Of a DNA stretch of 64,000 bases, positions 1 through 11,782 are shown one piece after another (the stretch's first letter is position 1; each line of letters starts with the position of its first letter). The position numbers were made by a program, and so were the translations under genes. The notes beneath the pieces are model-generated. The model had not been told where the DNA came from, did no database searches, and worked only from the letters and a program-made list of their open reading frames with translations. The stretch comes from an uncultured Candidatus Rokubacteria bacterium. GTDB lineage: Bacteria; Methylomirabilota; Methylomirabilia; Rokubacteriales; CSP1-6. Location: assembly GCA_963747235.1 (NCBI GenBank), contig CAVVEU010000024.1, forward strand, positions 512,001 through 576,000, written 5' to 3'.

Positions 1-344
1 CGGGGCAGGGCGGCGGGGACGACGTCGGAGCGCGTCTCGCCCCAGAAGGTGTTGCGCGCGTGCTCGGCGAGCACCGCGCGGGTCACGAGCTGCACCGGAT
101 CGGCGCCGGGCGCCGAGGGCAGCGAGGGCGCGAGGTAGAGCAGCATGATGAGCGCGGTGGCCACCGCCGAGAACGCGGGCGGCAGCCAGAGCGTCCACCA
201 GGGCTGCCGCGGGCGGGCGGGCATCAGCGCCTCGACCACCGCGGCGCGCAGGACGGGCGGCGCGGGATGACGCGGCAGCCGCTCGCGCAGCAACCGGCCG
301 ATCCCGCCGTCGTCCTCTTGCGGTTCCGTGTTCTCGCGCGTCAT
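1..344 (-). CDS. Membrane-anchored anti-sigma factor (3' end outside window)
   Basis: Manual translation from ATG 344, which overlaps the sigma stop (ATGA): MTRENTEPQEDDGGIGRLLRERLPRHPAPPVLRAAVVEALMP...WWTLWLPPAFSAVATALIMLLYLAP. Has an 'AP..LRA' anti-sigma linker and one TM helix; not in the ORF track. Confidence 0.7.
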   Translation of the reverse strand, partial: MTRENTEPQEDDGGIGRLLRERLPRHPAPPVLRAAVVEALMPARPRQPWWTLWLPPAFSAVATALIMLLYLAPSLPSAPGADPVQLVTRAVLAEHARNTFWGETRSDVVPAALP

Positions 345-853
345 GACCCCTGATAATCTTTCAAGTAGCCGCGCAGCCGCTCCTTGGCGCGGAAGATCCG
401 GGACTTCACGGTGCCCACGGGGCAGTCCATGATGCGCGCCACGTCCTCCAGCGCCAGCCCCTCGACCTCGGCCAGCAGGAGCGGCGTCTTGAACTCCTCG
501 GGCAGCTTCGCCAGGGCCCGGTCCAGATCCATGTGGGCCCCGGCGCTCTCACCATCCCGCCCGGGGGCGTCGTGGAACATCGGCGCCTCTCCTTCCGGGA
601 CCCCGTCCTCCGAGATGGCGGACTCCCGCTCCCGGAGCCGGTAGAACGTCAGGAACGTGTTTCTCAATATTTGGAACAACCAGGCCCGCAGATGGGTTCC
701 CGGCTGGAACCGATGGGAAAACCGCATGGCCCGCACATAGGTCTCCTGGACCAGGTCCTCCGCCTCGGAGCCGTTCCGGGTCAGGTAGACGGCGAGGTTA
801 TGGAGGGCGTCCAGGTGTTGAAGGGCCTGCTGCCGGAACTCGTCGTCAGCCAC
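341..853 (-). CDS. ECF RNA polymerase sigma factor
   Basis: AEDLVQETYVRA, AWLFQILRNTF, CPVGTVKSRIFRAK (regions 2 and 4). Confidence 0.95.
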   Translation of the reverse strand: MADDEFRQQALQHLDALHNLAVYLTRNGSEAEDLVQETYVRAMRFSHRFQPGTHLRAWLFQILRNTFLTFYRLRERESAISEDGVPEGEAPMFHDAPGRDGESAGAHMDLDRALAKLPEEFKTPLLLAEVEGLALEDVARIMDCPVGTVKSRIFRAKERLRGYLKDYQGS

Positions 854-859
854 GTGACA

Positions 860-1408
860 TCAGCCGTCGAACCACCGGCGCGGCAGGTCGGACTCCCGCA
901 CCTCGTGCTCGTCCTCCAGCAGGTCCAGCAGCTCCTGGATGGTCTGGTAGAGGACCGGGTGCTCCAGGTCCGGGGCGAGGTCGGCCAGGGGCCGCAGCAC
1001 GAACCGGCGCTCGTGCATGAGCAGATGGGGGATGTGCAGGTGCTCGGGCCCGCTGATCACGCGATCGTCGTAGAGCAGGATGTCGATGTCGAGCGGCCGG
1101 GGCTCGTAGCGCTGCGCCTCCGGCGTGCCCCCGCGCCGCTCGCGGCCCAGGGCGTCCTCGACCGCCTGCAGCCGCGCGAGCAGGGTGGCGGGCGGCAGCT
1201 CGGTCTCGATCACGACCGCGCAGTTGAAGAACCAGCCGGCGTCCTCGTCGGGCTTCCCGGGCGGGCGCTCCCAGGGCTCGGTGCGGTAGAGCGGCGAGGC
1301 GTCCAGGAACCGCAGATCCTGCATGGCGCGAAGCTGCTCCACGGCGCGGCGCAGGCAATCCAGCCGGTCGCCCAGGTTCGACCCCACCGAGAGGAACACC
1401 CGCGCCAT
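860..1408 (-). CDS. folK: 2-amino-4-hydroxy-6-hydroxymethyldihydropteridine diphosphokinase
   Basis: LSVGSNLGDR, PRPLDIDILLY, IPHLLMHERRFVLRPL. Confidence 0.95.
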   Translation of the reverse strand: MARVFLSVGSNLGDRLDCLRRAVEQLRAMQDLRFLDASPLYRTEPWERPPGKPDEDAGWFFNCAVVIETELPPATLLARLQAVEDALGRERRGGTPEAQRYEPRPLDIDILLYDDRVISGPEHLHIPHLLMHERRFVLRPLADLAPDLEHPVLYQTIQELLDLLEDEHEVRESDLPRRWFDG

Positions 1409-1417
1409 GTGATCGCT

Positions 1418-1783
1418 CTACCGTCTCCGTCGAGTCAGCTCGACGCCGGGGATGCCCTGCAACCCTTCCATCGGGGGCGTGAGCTTGCGCACCCGCACCC
1501 GGACTTCGTCGCAGGGAAACTCCGCCAGCAGCATCTGGGCCAGCCGTCCCGCCAGCCGCTCCAGGAGATTGACCCGCTCCTTGGTGGACACCTCCACGAT
1601 GCGCGCCGCGATCAGCCCGTAGTCCACCGTGGACCGCAGATCGTCCGAGGCCGCCGCCGCCGCGAGGTCGAGCATGAGCTCGGCGTCCACCGCGAACCAC
1701 GCGCCGACCGTCTGCTGGGCCTTCGTGACCCCGTGGTGCCCGTAGAAGCGGACGTCCTCCAGGAAGATTTTATCAGAGCTCAG
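1418..1783 (-). CDS. folB: Dihydroneopterin aldolase (probable CTG start)
   Basis: C-terminal part of ORF 1418..2542: DKIFLEDVRFYGHHGV, DDLRSTVDYG, NLLERLA, VRVRK; adjacent to folK. Confidence 0.9.
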   Translation of the reverse strand: MSSDKIFLEDVRFYGHHGVTKAQQTVGAWFAVDAELMLDLAAAAASDDLRSTVDYGLIAARIVEVSTKERVNLLERLAGRLAQMLLAEFPCDEVRVRVRKLTPPMEGLQGIPGVELTRRRR

Positions 1784-2975
1784 AGCTTGAGCCCCCGGAG
1801 GCGGTCCATCGCCTCCTGCAGGCGCTTGGCGTCGATGGTGAGCGCGATCCGGTAGAAGCCTTCCCCGGAGGGGCCGAAGCCGACCCCGGGGGTGATCACG
1901 CAGCCGACCTCGTTGAGCATGCGCGCCGCGAAGGTGCGCGAATCGAGGCCGCCGGGGACGGGGGCCCAGACGAAGAAGGCGGCCCTGGGCACGTCCACCT
2001 CCCACCCGAGCCGCTTGAGGCCCGCCACCACCACGTCGCGCCGCTCCTGATACGTGCGGCGATACTGCTCCGAGAGGTCTTGCGGCCCGGTGAGCGCGGC
2101 GATGCCCGCTTCCTGCACCGCCTGGAAGACGCCCGAGTCCACGTTGGTCTTGATCTTGCCGAGGCCGGCGATCGCCCCCGCGTTGCCGGAGCAGAAGCCG
2201 ATCCGCCAGCCGGTCATCGAGTAGGTCTTGGACAGCGAATGGAACTCGACGCCGATCTCCATCGCGCCCGGCGTCTCGAGGAAGGAGGGCGGGCGGTAGT
2301 CGTCGAAGCGCAGCTCCGAGTACATCGCGTCGTGGCAGACGATGATCTGGTGCCGCCGCGCGAAGTCGACGACGCGGGCGAAGAACTCCGGTGTCGCCAC
2401 CGCCGCGGTGGGGTTGTTCGGGTAGTTCAGGTACATGAGCTTGGCGCGCTTCGCCACGTCCGCCGGGATGGCGTCGAGATCCGGCAGGAAGCCGTTGGCG
2501 CGGCGCAGCGGCATGAAGTGCACCTCGCCGTCCGCGAACCACGTGCCCGCCGCGTAGACCGGGTAGCCCGGGTCCGGCACCAGCACCACGTCGCCCGGGT
2601 TCACGAAGGCGAGCGGCATGTGGGCGGTGCCCTCCTTCGACCCGATGAGGGTGAGCACCTCGGTCCGCGGATCGAGCGTGACGCCGAAGCGCCCGCGATA
2701 CCAGTTGGCCACCGCGGTGCGGAAGCTCAGCAGGCCCTCGTAGTCGGGATAGCGGTGATTCGCCGGGGTCTCGGCCGAGCGCTTGAGCGCCTCGATGATG
2801 TGGGGCGGCGTCGGCAGGTCCGGATCGCCGATGCCCATGTCGATGAGATCGACGCCGCGGGCGCGGGCCTCGCGCTTGTTCTTGTCGATCTCCGCGAAGA
2901 GGTACGGGGGCAGCTTGGCCAGGCGGGAGGCCAGCGGGATGGGGGAGGGGGTAAGAGGGGAGGGAATAAGAGTGC

Positions 2976-2979
<4 letters not shown>
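1780..2979 (-). CDS. dapL: LL-diaminopimelate aminotransferase
   Basis: LPPYLFAEID, GIGDPD, IGSKEG, LNYPNNPT, SLSKTYSMTGWRIG; GTG start overlaps upstream stop; dapA/dapB context. Confidence 0.88.
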
Positions 2980-4550
<1,571 letters not shown>

Positions 4551-4563
4551 GACGAGCGGAGGA

Positions 4564-5460
4564 TCAGCCCTTGACGAGGCCGAGCGAGGCCAGGACCGCC
4601 CGGAGCCGCGGCCGGTTCGCCTCGCCCATCCGGCACATGGGCAGCCGGAACTCCGGCTCGGCCAGCTTGCCCATCATGGCCAGCGCTTCCTTGACCGGGA
4701 TCGGGTTGGTCTCGATGAACATCGCGCGCGACAGCGGGAAGAGCTTGAGGTGCAGCTCGCGCGCCTGCTTCCAGTCGCCCGCCAGCGCGGCGTGCGTCAT
4801 CTCGGCGGTCTCCCGCGGCACCAGGTTGGCGATGACCGAGATCACCCCGCGGCCGCCGACCGACATGAGGGGCAGGGTGATGTTGTCGTCGCCGGAGAGG
4901 ACCGAGAAGTCGGGACCGCACGCCAGGATCACCTGGGTCATCTGGTCGAGGGAGCCCGAGGCCTCCTTGACGCCCACGACGTTCGGGCAGTCCCGTGACG
5001 ATGCGGGCCAGGGTGTCCGTCTCCACGTTGACCGCGGTGCGGCCCGCGATGTTGTAGACGAGGATCGGGATGTCCACCGCGTCCGCGACCGCGCGGAAGT
5101 GCCGGTAGAGGCCTTCCTGGGTGGGCTTGTTGTAGTAGGGATTGACCACCAGCGCGCCGGTGGCCCCCGCCTTCTTGGCGTGGGCGGTGAGGTCGATCGC
5201 CTCGGAGGTGGAGTTGGAGCCGGTGCCCGCGATGACGCGCGACCCGCCCGCGGGCGGTCTCGATGACCAGCTCCACCACGCGCTTGTGCTCGTCGTGGCT
5301 CAGGGTGGGCGACTCGCCCGGTGGTGCCGCAGGGCACGATGCCGTCCGTGCCGCTGGCCACGTGCCACTCGACCAGCTCCCGGAGCTTGGCCTCGTCCAC
5401 CTTGCCGCCGCGGAACGGGGTCACGAGGGCGACGATCGATCCCTGGAATGTCGCGCGCAT
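4564..5460 (-). CDS. dapA: 4-hydroxy-tetrahydrodipicolinate synthase (several frameshifts)
   Basis: [42 protein letters not shown] across three frames. Confidence 0.93.
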   Translation of the reverse strand: MRATFQGSIVALVTPFRGGKVDEAKLRELVEWHVASGTDGIVPCGTTGRVAHPEPRRAQARGGAGHRDRPRAGRASSRAPAPTPPPRRSTSPPTPRRRGPPARWWSIPTTTSPPRKASTGTSARSRTRWTSRSSSTTSRAAPRSTWRRTPWPASSRDCPNVVGVKEASGSLDQMTQVILACGPDFSVLSGDDNITLPLMSVGGRGVISVIANLVPRETAEMTHAALAGDWKQARELHLKLFPLSRAMFIETNPIPVKEALAMMGKLAEPEFRLPMCRMGEANRPRLRAVLASLGLVKG

Positions 5461-5534
5461 GGTTGAGTCCCTCCGTTGCTCACTGCGATGTGGGACGAAG
5501 AGTTGTCTGACTCTAACACCAGAGCCGGAAGCAC

Positions 5535-5563
5535 TTCAAGCGGCAGCCGTGATGCGGTAGACT
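5535..5563 (+). promoter_or_regulatory. Putative sigma70 promoter of lysA (leaderless)
   Basis: TTCAAG-N17-TAGACT, ATG 7 nt downstream. Confidence 0.45.
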
Positions 5564-5570
5564 CCAGCGG

Positions 5571-6832
5571 ATGGAAAGCCCCCGAGCCGACGGCCGCACC
5601 GCTCACGTCACCGCCGACGTCGCCGCCGAGGTGCGCCGCCGCTTCGGCACGCCCTGCTACGTCTACGATCACGCCGCGCTCGAGACGGCGGCGCGGCAGG
5701 CGCTGGCCTTCCCGGCGCCGTTCGGCCTCACCGTGCGCTACGCGATGAAGGCCAACCCGAGCCGCGGCATCCTCGCGCTGTTCCGCGAGCTGGGCCTGCA
5801 CGTGGACGCCTCGAGCGACTTCGAGGTGGAGCGGGCGCTGCGGGCGGGCTTCGCGGCCGAGCGCATCCAGCTCACCTCGCAGATGCCCTCGCGCGCGCTC
5901 GAGCGGCACCTCGCGCGCGGCATGCTCTTCAACGCCTGCTCGCTGCACCAGCTCGAGGAGTTCGGGCGGCGTCGCGCCGGGCCGGGAGCTCTCCGTGCGG
6001 GTGAACCCGGGGCTCGGCACCGGCTCCACCAAGCGCACCAATACCGGCGGGCCCGCCTCGAGCTTCGGGATCTGGCACGAGGCGCTGGGCGAGATCCTGG
6101 CGCATCGCCAAGCGGTACGACCTGCGCATCCGCCGGCTGCACTCGCACGTCGGCTCCGGCACGGATCCGGAGGTGTGGAAGCGCTGCGCGCGGATGACCC
6201 TCGACCTGGCCGCCCAGCTCCCCGAGGTGGCGAGCATCAACCTGGGGGGCGGCTTCAAGGTCGGCCGCATGCCCGAGGAGCCGTCGGTGGACATGGCCGA
6301 CGTGGGCGCGCACGTGCGGCGCGAGATCGAGGGGTTCCACGACCGCTCGGGCCGGGGCCTCCACCTCGAGATCGAGCCCGGCACCTTCCTCGTCGCCAAC
6401 GCGGGCGTGATCGTCGCCTCCTGCGTGGACGTGGTGGACACCGGCGCGGAGGGCTACTGCTTCGCCAAGCTCGACGCGGGCATGCCCGAGATCACGCGGC
6501 CCTCGCTCTACGGCGCCCAGCACCCGATCGACGTGCTGGCCGCCGGGCGCGAGCAGAAGGCGGTGGTCTTCGTGGGCCCGTGCTGCGAGTCGGGGGACAT
6601 CCTCACGCCGGCCCCCGGCGATCCCGAGGCGCTCGCGCCCCGCTGGGTGGCGACCCCGCGGATCGGGGACCTGGTGGTGATCGGCGGCGCGGGCGCCTAC
6701 TGCGCGGGCATGGCCACGATCAACTACAACTCCTACCCGCAGGCGCCCGAGGTCATGCTCGGCCGCGACGGCGCGCTCACGCTGCTACGCCGACGCCAGA
6801 CGCCAGAGCAGGTCTGGCAAAACGAGTTCTAG
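5571..6832 (+). CDS. lysA: Diaminopimelate decarboxylase (frameshifts ~5970-6110)
   Basis: [54 protein letters not shown]. Confidence 0.88.
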
Positions 6833-7909
6833 GGGACGCGGACGGAGATTTCGTTGGAGCGCGCGCTCTCGTTGGGGCGGCGCGCCCGGTCGAACGCGGT
6901 GACCGCGTAGCGGTAGGTCGCGCCCGGCCGCACGTCGCGGTCCAGGTAGACGGTGGCGACCGCCATCGTCGTCGCGATGCGCATGAAGTCGCCCGTCTCG
7001 CCCGCCCGGTAGATCGCGTAGAGCGCCACGTCCGGCGAGCCGCTCGCGTTCCAGGCCAGTCGCACCGCGCCCGGCGACGGCACCGCGAGCAGGTTGGCGG
7101 GCGCGGCGGGCGGCGTGGTGTCGGCCGCCGCGACGACCACCGCCGCCGAGGTCTCGCCGGTGGCGGTGACCGCCGGATCCACGCGCACCGCGCGCACCGC
7201 GTAGCGATAGTCGGTGTCGTTGTCCACGCCCTCGTCGGTGAACGTGGTGCCGTCCACCGGCTTCGGCGTGATCGCGCTGAGCGCGCCCTCCGCGCCCGCG
7301 CCCCGCAGCACGACGTAGCGCAGATCGCCGGGAGCGGGCGAGCCGTCCACCATCTCGGCGGGCGGCTGCCAGGTCAGGCGGATGCGGCGGTCGCCCGGCG
7401 CGGCGCTGAGCGCGCGCGGCGCCTTCGGGGCGGCCAGGTAGGGGATCACGAGGCGCTCGGAGGGCCCGCTGCTCCGCCCGAGCGCGTCCTCGGCGGTGAC
7501 CACGTAGACGTAGCGGCGGCCGACCGCGAGCGCGCGCCGGTCCACCCACGTGACCGTGGAGCCCTGCCACGGTCGCGGGCGCGGGGCTCTCGGGCCGGAT
7601 CGTCGCGATCTCGTCGTAGCCCACCACGCGGCCCGACGAGAGCATCGCGGACTTGGGCTCGCCGCCGTCGGCTTCTTCCCGCCGATACAGCTTGTACAGG
7701 GCGATCGCGCGCAGGCGCGTGCCGTCCACGCGGGTGCCGGGGGCGGTCCAGCCCACCACGACGCTCTGCTCGTCGACCGCGCCGTGCAGGCCGCTGGGGC
7801 CCGCGGGCACGCGCAGCTCGGGCGCCACCGGCGGTCCCTTCTTGCCGCAGGCGACCAGCGCGCTCGCGGCCAGGAGGAGCAGCAGCGCGCCCCGCGCGGC
7901 CGCCCTCAC
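6829..7909 (-). CDS. Lipoprotein with LptM-like N-terminus and fibronectin type III domains (frameshift ~7560)
   Basis: Lipobox [10 protein letters not shown]; FN3 signatures [34 protein letters not shown]. Confidence 0.8.
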
Positions 7910-9318
7910 GCGCCCGGCCCTGCCCGCGAGCAGCGCCTTCGCCTGCGCGAGCTGCCGCGCGGACCGCGTCCGGCGCGGTGCCGCCGATCACCGCGCGGGC
8001 GCGCAGCGAGGCCTCCACGGTGAGCGCCGGGTAGACGTCGCGCCCGATCAGCGGGGAGAACTGGCGCAGCTCCTCGAGCGGCAGCTCGCCCAGCTCCACG
8101 CCGCGCGTGATGGCGTGGCGCACCGCCCGGCCCACCACCTCGTGCGCGTCGCGGAAGGGCAGGCCCTGGCGGACGAGATAGTCCGCGAGATCGGTGGCGG
8201 TCGAGTAGTGCGCGCCCGCCGCATCCCGCATGCGGTCGATCCGGAAGGTCAGCGAGCCGAGCATCGGGGGCAGCACGCGGAAGATCGCCTCGAGCGTGTC
8301 CACCGTGTCGAAGAGCGGCTCCTTGTCCTCCTGCATGTCGGAGTTGTAGGTGAGGGGGAGCCCCTTCATGACGGTCAGCGCGGCGGTGAGGTTGCCGTAG
8401 AGCCGGCCGGTCTTGCCCCGGATCAGCTCGGCCACGTCGGGGTTCTTCTTCTGCGGCATGATCGACGACCCGGTCGCGAAGGCGTCCGAGAACTCCACGA
8501 AGCCGAACTCGGACGTGGCCCACAGGGTGAGATCCGCGGCGAGCCGCGAGCAGTGCATGCCGAGGATCGCGGCGTGGGCGAGGAACTCCACCACGAAGTC
8601 GCGATCGGCCACCGCGTCCATGCTGTTGGGGCTGGGCGCGGTGAAGCCCGAGATCGCGCGCGAGCGCCTCGCGGTCGATGGCGAAGGCGGCGCCCGCGAG
8701 GGCGGCGGCGCCCAGCGGCATCACGTTGACGCGCGCGCGCCCGTCGCGGAAGCGCGCGCGATCGCGCTCGAGCATGAAGACGTAGGCGAGCAGGTGGTGG
8801 GCCAGCAGCACCGGCTGGGCGCGCTGCAGGTGCGTGTAGCCGGGCATCGGCGCCTCGCCGTGCTGCTCGGCCTGGGCGATGAGCGCGCGCTCCACGTCCA
8901 CCAGTCCCGCGTCCACGTGGTCGAGGATGTCCCGGAGATAGAGCCGCTCGTCCAGCGCGATCTGATCGTTGCGGGAGCGGCCGGTGTGGAGCTTGCCGCC
9001 CACCGGCCCCGCCAGCTCGATGAGGCGGCGCTCCACGTTCATGTGGATGTCCTCGAGCTCGCGCCGGAACGGGAAGGTGCCGCCCTCGAGCTCGCGGCGG
9101 ACCCCGTCGAGGCCCGCCAGCAGGCTCTCGAGCTCCGCCTCGGTGATCAGCTTCGCCCGCGCGAGCGCGCGCGCCCACGCCGCGCTTCCGGTCAGATCGT
9201 AGGGCCAGAGCCGCCGGTCGAAGGCCAGGGACGCGGTGAAGGCTTCGGCGGTCGGATCGGCCCCGGCGGCGAAGCGCCCGGACCAGGCCTTGCCCGGGGG
9301 CGTACCGGCGGCGGTCAC
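7906..9318 (-). CDS. argH: Argininosuccinate lyase (frameshifts ~8650 and ~7955)
   Basis: [47 protein letters not shown]. Confidence 0.95.
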   Translation of the reverse strand: MTAAGTPPGKAWSGRFAAGADPTAEAFTASLAFDRRLWPYDLTGSAAWARALARAKLITEAELESLLAGLDGVRRELEGGTFPFRRELEDIHMNVERRLIELAGPVGGKLHTGRSRNDQIALDERLYLRDILDHVDAGLVDVERALIAQAEQHGEAPMPGYTHLQRAQPVLLAHHLLAYVFMLERDRARFRDGRARVNVMPLGAAALAGAAFAIDREALARDLGLHRAQPQQHGRGGRSRLRGGVPRPRRDPRHALLAARRGSHPVGHVRVRLRGVLGRLRDRVVDHAAEEEPRRGRADPGQDRPALRQPHRRADRHEGAPPHLQLRHAGGQGAALRHGGHARGDLPRAAPDARLADLPDRPHAGCGGRALLDRHRSRGLSRPPGPALPRRARGGGPGGAPRHHARRGAGRAAARGAAPVLPADRARRLPGAHRGGLAARPRGDRRHRAGRGPRGSSRRRRRCSRAGPGA

Positions 9319-10058
9319 GAGGCGCCCGCGCGGCCGGCGGCCGCCGCGGGAACGGGCGGCACGCGCAGGAGCGCGGCGATCTCGGCCATGATGCGACGGG
9401 TGGCGTCGTCCCGCTCGGTCCGCGCGATGGGCCCGCGGCGCGCCCGGCCGAAGTGGATCGGCTCCCCGAACCGCACCGCGAGCGGCCGGCGCCGCGGCAG
9501 GTAGAAGCGCCGCCCGCGGAGCGCCTCGTAGGTGCCCTCGATGGCGGCGGGCACCACCGGCACGCCCGCGCGGAGCGCGACCATCGCCGTCCCGGGCCGG
9601 CCGCGCACGAGCCGGCCTTCCTGGCTGAACGGGCCCTCGGGGAAGATGCCCACCACGCGGCCGGCCTCGAGCACCTGCAGCACGCGCTTGATGGCGCCGG
9701 GATCCGGCCGCTCGAGCGCCACCGGGATCGAGCCGATGCGCCGGTGAAACGGCGGATGCAGCGGCGTCGCCCGGAACACGCGCGGCATCACGAGGAACGA
9801 GATCGGCCGCGGCACCGCGACGCCCAGCACGAACCCGTCCAGGTAGTTGTGATGGTTCGAGGCCAGGATGAAGGGGCCGGCCAGCGGTAGCCGCTCCATT
9901 CCCTCGACGCGCAGGTCGAACAATCCCCGCAGCAGCACTCCCGCCACGTCGCGGAACACCCGGTAGACCGGGGGAAACGCCTCCACGGGCACACGGCGCG
10001 ACGCCGCGGACGCGGTCGGCCGCAACACGGACAGGGTAGGGGAGTCTTCGCCCGGCAC
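9315..10058 (-). CDS. 1-acyl-sn-glycerol-3-phosphate (lysophospholipid) acyltransferase; start uncertain
   Basis: NHHNYLD (HX4D), IFPEG, VPVVP. Confidence 0.85.
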   Translation of the reverse strand: MPGEDSPTLSVLRPTASAASRRVPVEAFPPVYRVFRDVAGVLLRGLFDLRVEGMERLPLAGPFILASNHHNYLDGFVLGVAVPRPISFLVMPRVFRATPLHPPFHRRIGSIPVALERPDPGAIKRVLQVLEAGRVVGIFPEGPFSQEGRLVRGRPGTAMVALRAGVPVVPAAIEGTYEALRGRRFYLPRRRPLAVRFGEPIHFGRARRGPIARTERDDATRRIMAEIAALLRVPPVPAAAAGRAGAS

Positions 10059-10204
10059 GGGGGGAGGATAGCACGACGCCGAACCGGTAGAAGGGGGGTC
10101 CGGTAGTGGTCCCTCTGTCCGGTCCTGGACAGACTCGGTGGGCTGAGAGGTGATCTGATCAGAGCCATGAAGGATCTGATCGAGCACCTCGAGGCCCTCT
10201 GCCC

Positions 10205-10567
10205 ATGACGAGACCCGACCGGCCCGTCCAGGTTCCCCTCCTTCACGTGACGCTGGCCGAGCAGCTGGAACGGCTCCGGCAGGAGCCCACGTGGCGCTCG
10301 AAGGGACACAATGCGATCACCTTGACCAAGGCGCCCGGGCTTCGCCTGGTCCTGATGCTATTCGCGAAAGGGGCCAAGCTCGCCGAGCATCGGGCCGCCG
10401 GGCCCCTGACCTTCCACGTCCTGAGTGGCTCGGTGACTTTTCGGACCGGCGCCCGCGCGGAAACGGTCCGGTCCGGAGAGGTTGTCGTGCTCGAGGCAGC
10501 GATCGTGCACGACGTGGAGGCTCTGGAGGAGAGCGCCTGCTTGCTGACCCTCGCGGGCGCTGCCTAG
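10205..10567 (+). CDS. Cupin domain protein
   Basis: LAEHRAAGPLTFHVLSG...IVHDVEALEES. Confidence 0.8.
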   Translation: MTRPDRPVQVPLLHVTLAEQLERLRQEPTWRSKGHNAITLTKAPGLRLVLMLFAKGAKLAEHRAAGPLTFHVLSGSVTFRTGARAETVRSGEVVVLEAAIVHDVEALEESACLLTLAGAA

Positions 10568-10592
10568 TAGGAGGACGCGAGGAGCGGGCGAG

Positions 10593-11648
10593 CTAGCGCG
10601 CGCGCGCGAGGCGGTACCGCGCCACCGCCGCGTTGTGATCCGCCAGGTTGGTGGAGAACGTGTGGAACCGCTCGTCCAGCGACACGAAGTAGAGGTAGTT
10701 CACGCGCGCCGGCCGCACCGCCGCCGCGATGGCCGCGCGCCCCGGGCTCGCGATGGGGCCGGGCGGAAGACCCTGGCGGCGATACGTGTTGTAGGGTGAG
10801 TCCACCTGGAGATCCTCGCGGGTGAGCCGCCGGCGGTCCTTGCCCACCGCGTACTGCACGGTGGGATCCGCCTGCAGCGGCATGTCGCGCCGGATCCGGT
10901 TCCAGAACACCGCGGAGATGAGCGGCATCTCGCTCGATTCGACGGCTTCCTTTTCGATGATGGAGGCGAGCGTGAGCACCTGGTGCAGGCTCACGTCGCG
11001 GCCGCGCGCTTCCACGAGCAGCTCGGGCGAGATCTTCTCGCGCATCCGCGCCACCATGCGGGCCAGGACCTCCTCGGGGGTCATGCCCTTCACGAACTGA
11101 TAGGTGTCCGGGAAGAGGTAGCCTTCCACCGAGTCGGCCTGGATGTCGAGGTTCTTCAGGAAGACGGGGTCCTTGCCGACCCGGAGGATGTCTTCGGCCG
11201 AGACCAGCCGCTCGGTCTGGAGCAGCCGCGCCAGCTCGGCCAGGGTGCTGCCCTCCGGGAAGACCACCATGTGCTGGAGGACCTGGCCGCCCGCGATCTG
11301 CTCGAGCACCCGCACCGTGTTCGAGCCCGCGGGGATCTGGTACTCGCCGGCCTTGAGGCTGCGGAAGCTGCCCCGGGCCAGGGCCAGGAGGACGAAGCCG
11401 ACCCGGCTCCGGATGACCCCCGCTTCGTCCAGGATCTCGGCCACTTCGATGACGCCCTTGTGGGCCGGGAGCTCCACGACCCGGGCCGAGGCCCGCAGCG
11501 GCGCCGGGACGCTGAGGATCCACCAGCCTTCGAGCAGCAGGGAGAGGAGGGCCACGACCACCACGAAGCCCACGGCGGCCCGCCAGGTCGGCCCGGGGCG
11601 TCCAGGCCCAACCCCCCATGTCGGAAGCGATCGGGGACGTTCCATCAT
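10593..11648 (-). CDS. mltG: Endolytic transglycosylase MltG (YceG)
   Basis: N-terminal TM, LKAGEY, EGYLFPDTY, LASIIEKE, LQADPTVQY, GLPPGPIASPG. Confidence 0.95.
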   Translation of the reverse strand: MMERPRSLPTWGVGPGRPGPTWRAAVGFVVVVALLSLLLEGWWILSVPAPLRASARVVELPAHKGVIEVAEILDEAGVIRSRVGFVLLALARGSFRSLKAGEYQIPAGSNTVRVLEQIAGGQVLQHMVVFPEGSTLAELARLLQTERLVSAEDILRVGKDPVFLKNLDIQADSVEGYLFPDTYQFVKGMTPEEVLARMVARMREKISPELLVEARGRDVSLHQVLTLASIIEKEAVESSEMPLISAVFWNRIRRDMPLQADPTVQYAVGKDRRRLTREDLQVDSPYNTYRRQGLPPGPIASPGRAAIAAAVRPARVNYLYFVSLDERFHTFSTNLADHNAAVARYRLARAR

Positions 11649-11727
11649 GGTGAGCCTTCATTCTGGCCGGACTGGGATTCTCAGTCAAACCGGGGGAGTG
11701 GGGAAGGCTGGCGGTCCCGGGGGTTGC

Positions 11728-11736
11728 TGGTATAAT
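11728..11736 (+). promoter_or_regulatory. Extended -10 promoter of rpoA
   Basis: TGgTATAAT; Shine-Dalgarno GAGGAGGG at ~11769-11776. Confidence 0.6.
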
Positions 11737-11782
11737 GACCGGCCTGGGGCGACCCGCCCCAGAACTCTGAGGAGGGAAACCC

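Noticed and set aside
5461-5570. Lysine riboswitch between dapA and lysA
   Set aside because: About 110 nt, too short and largely occupied by promoter-like elements.
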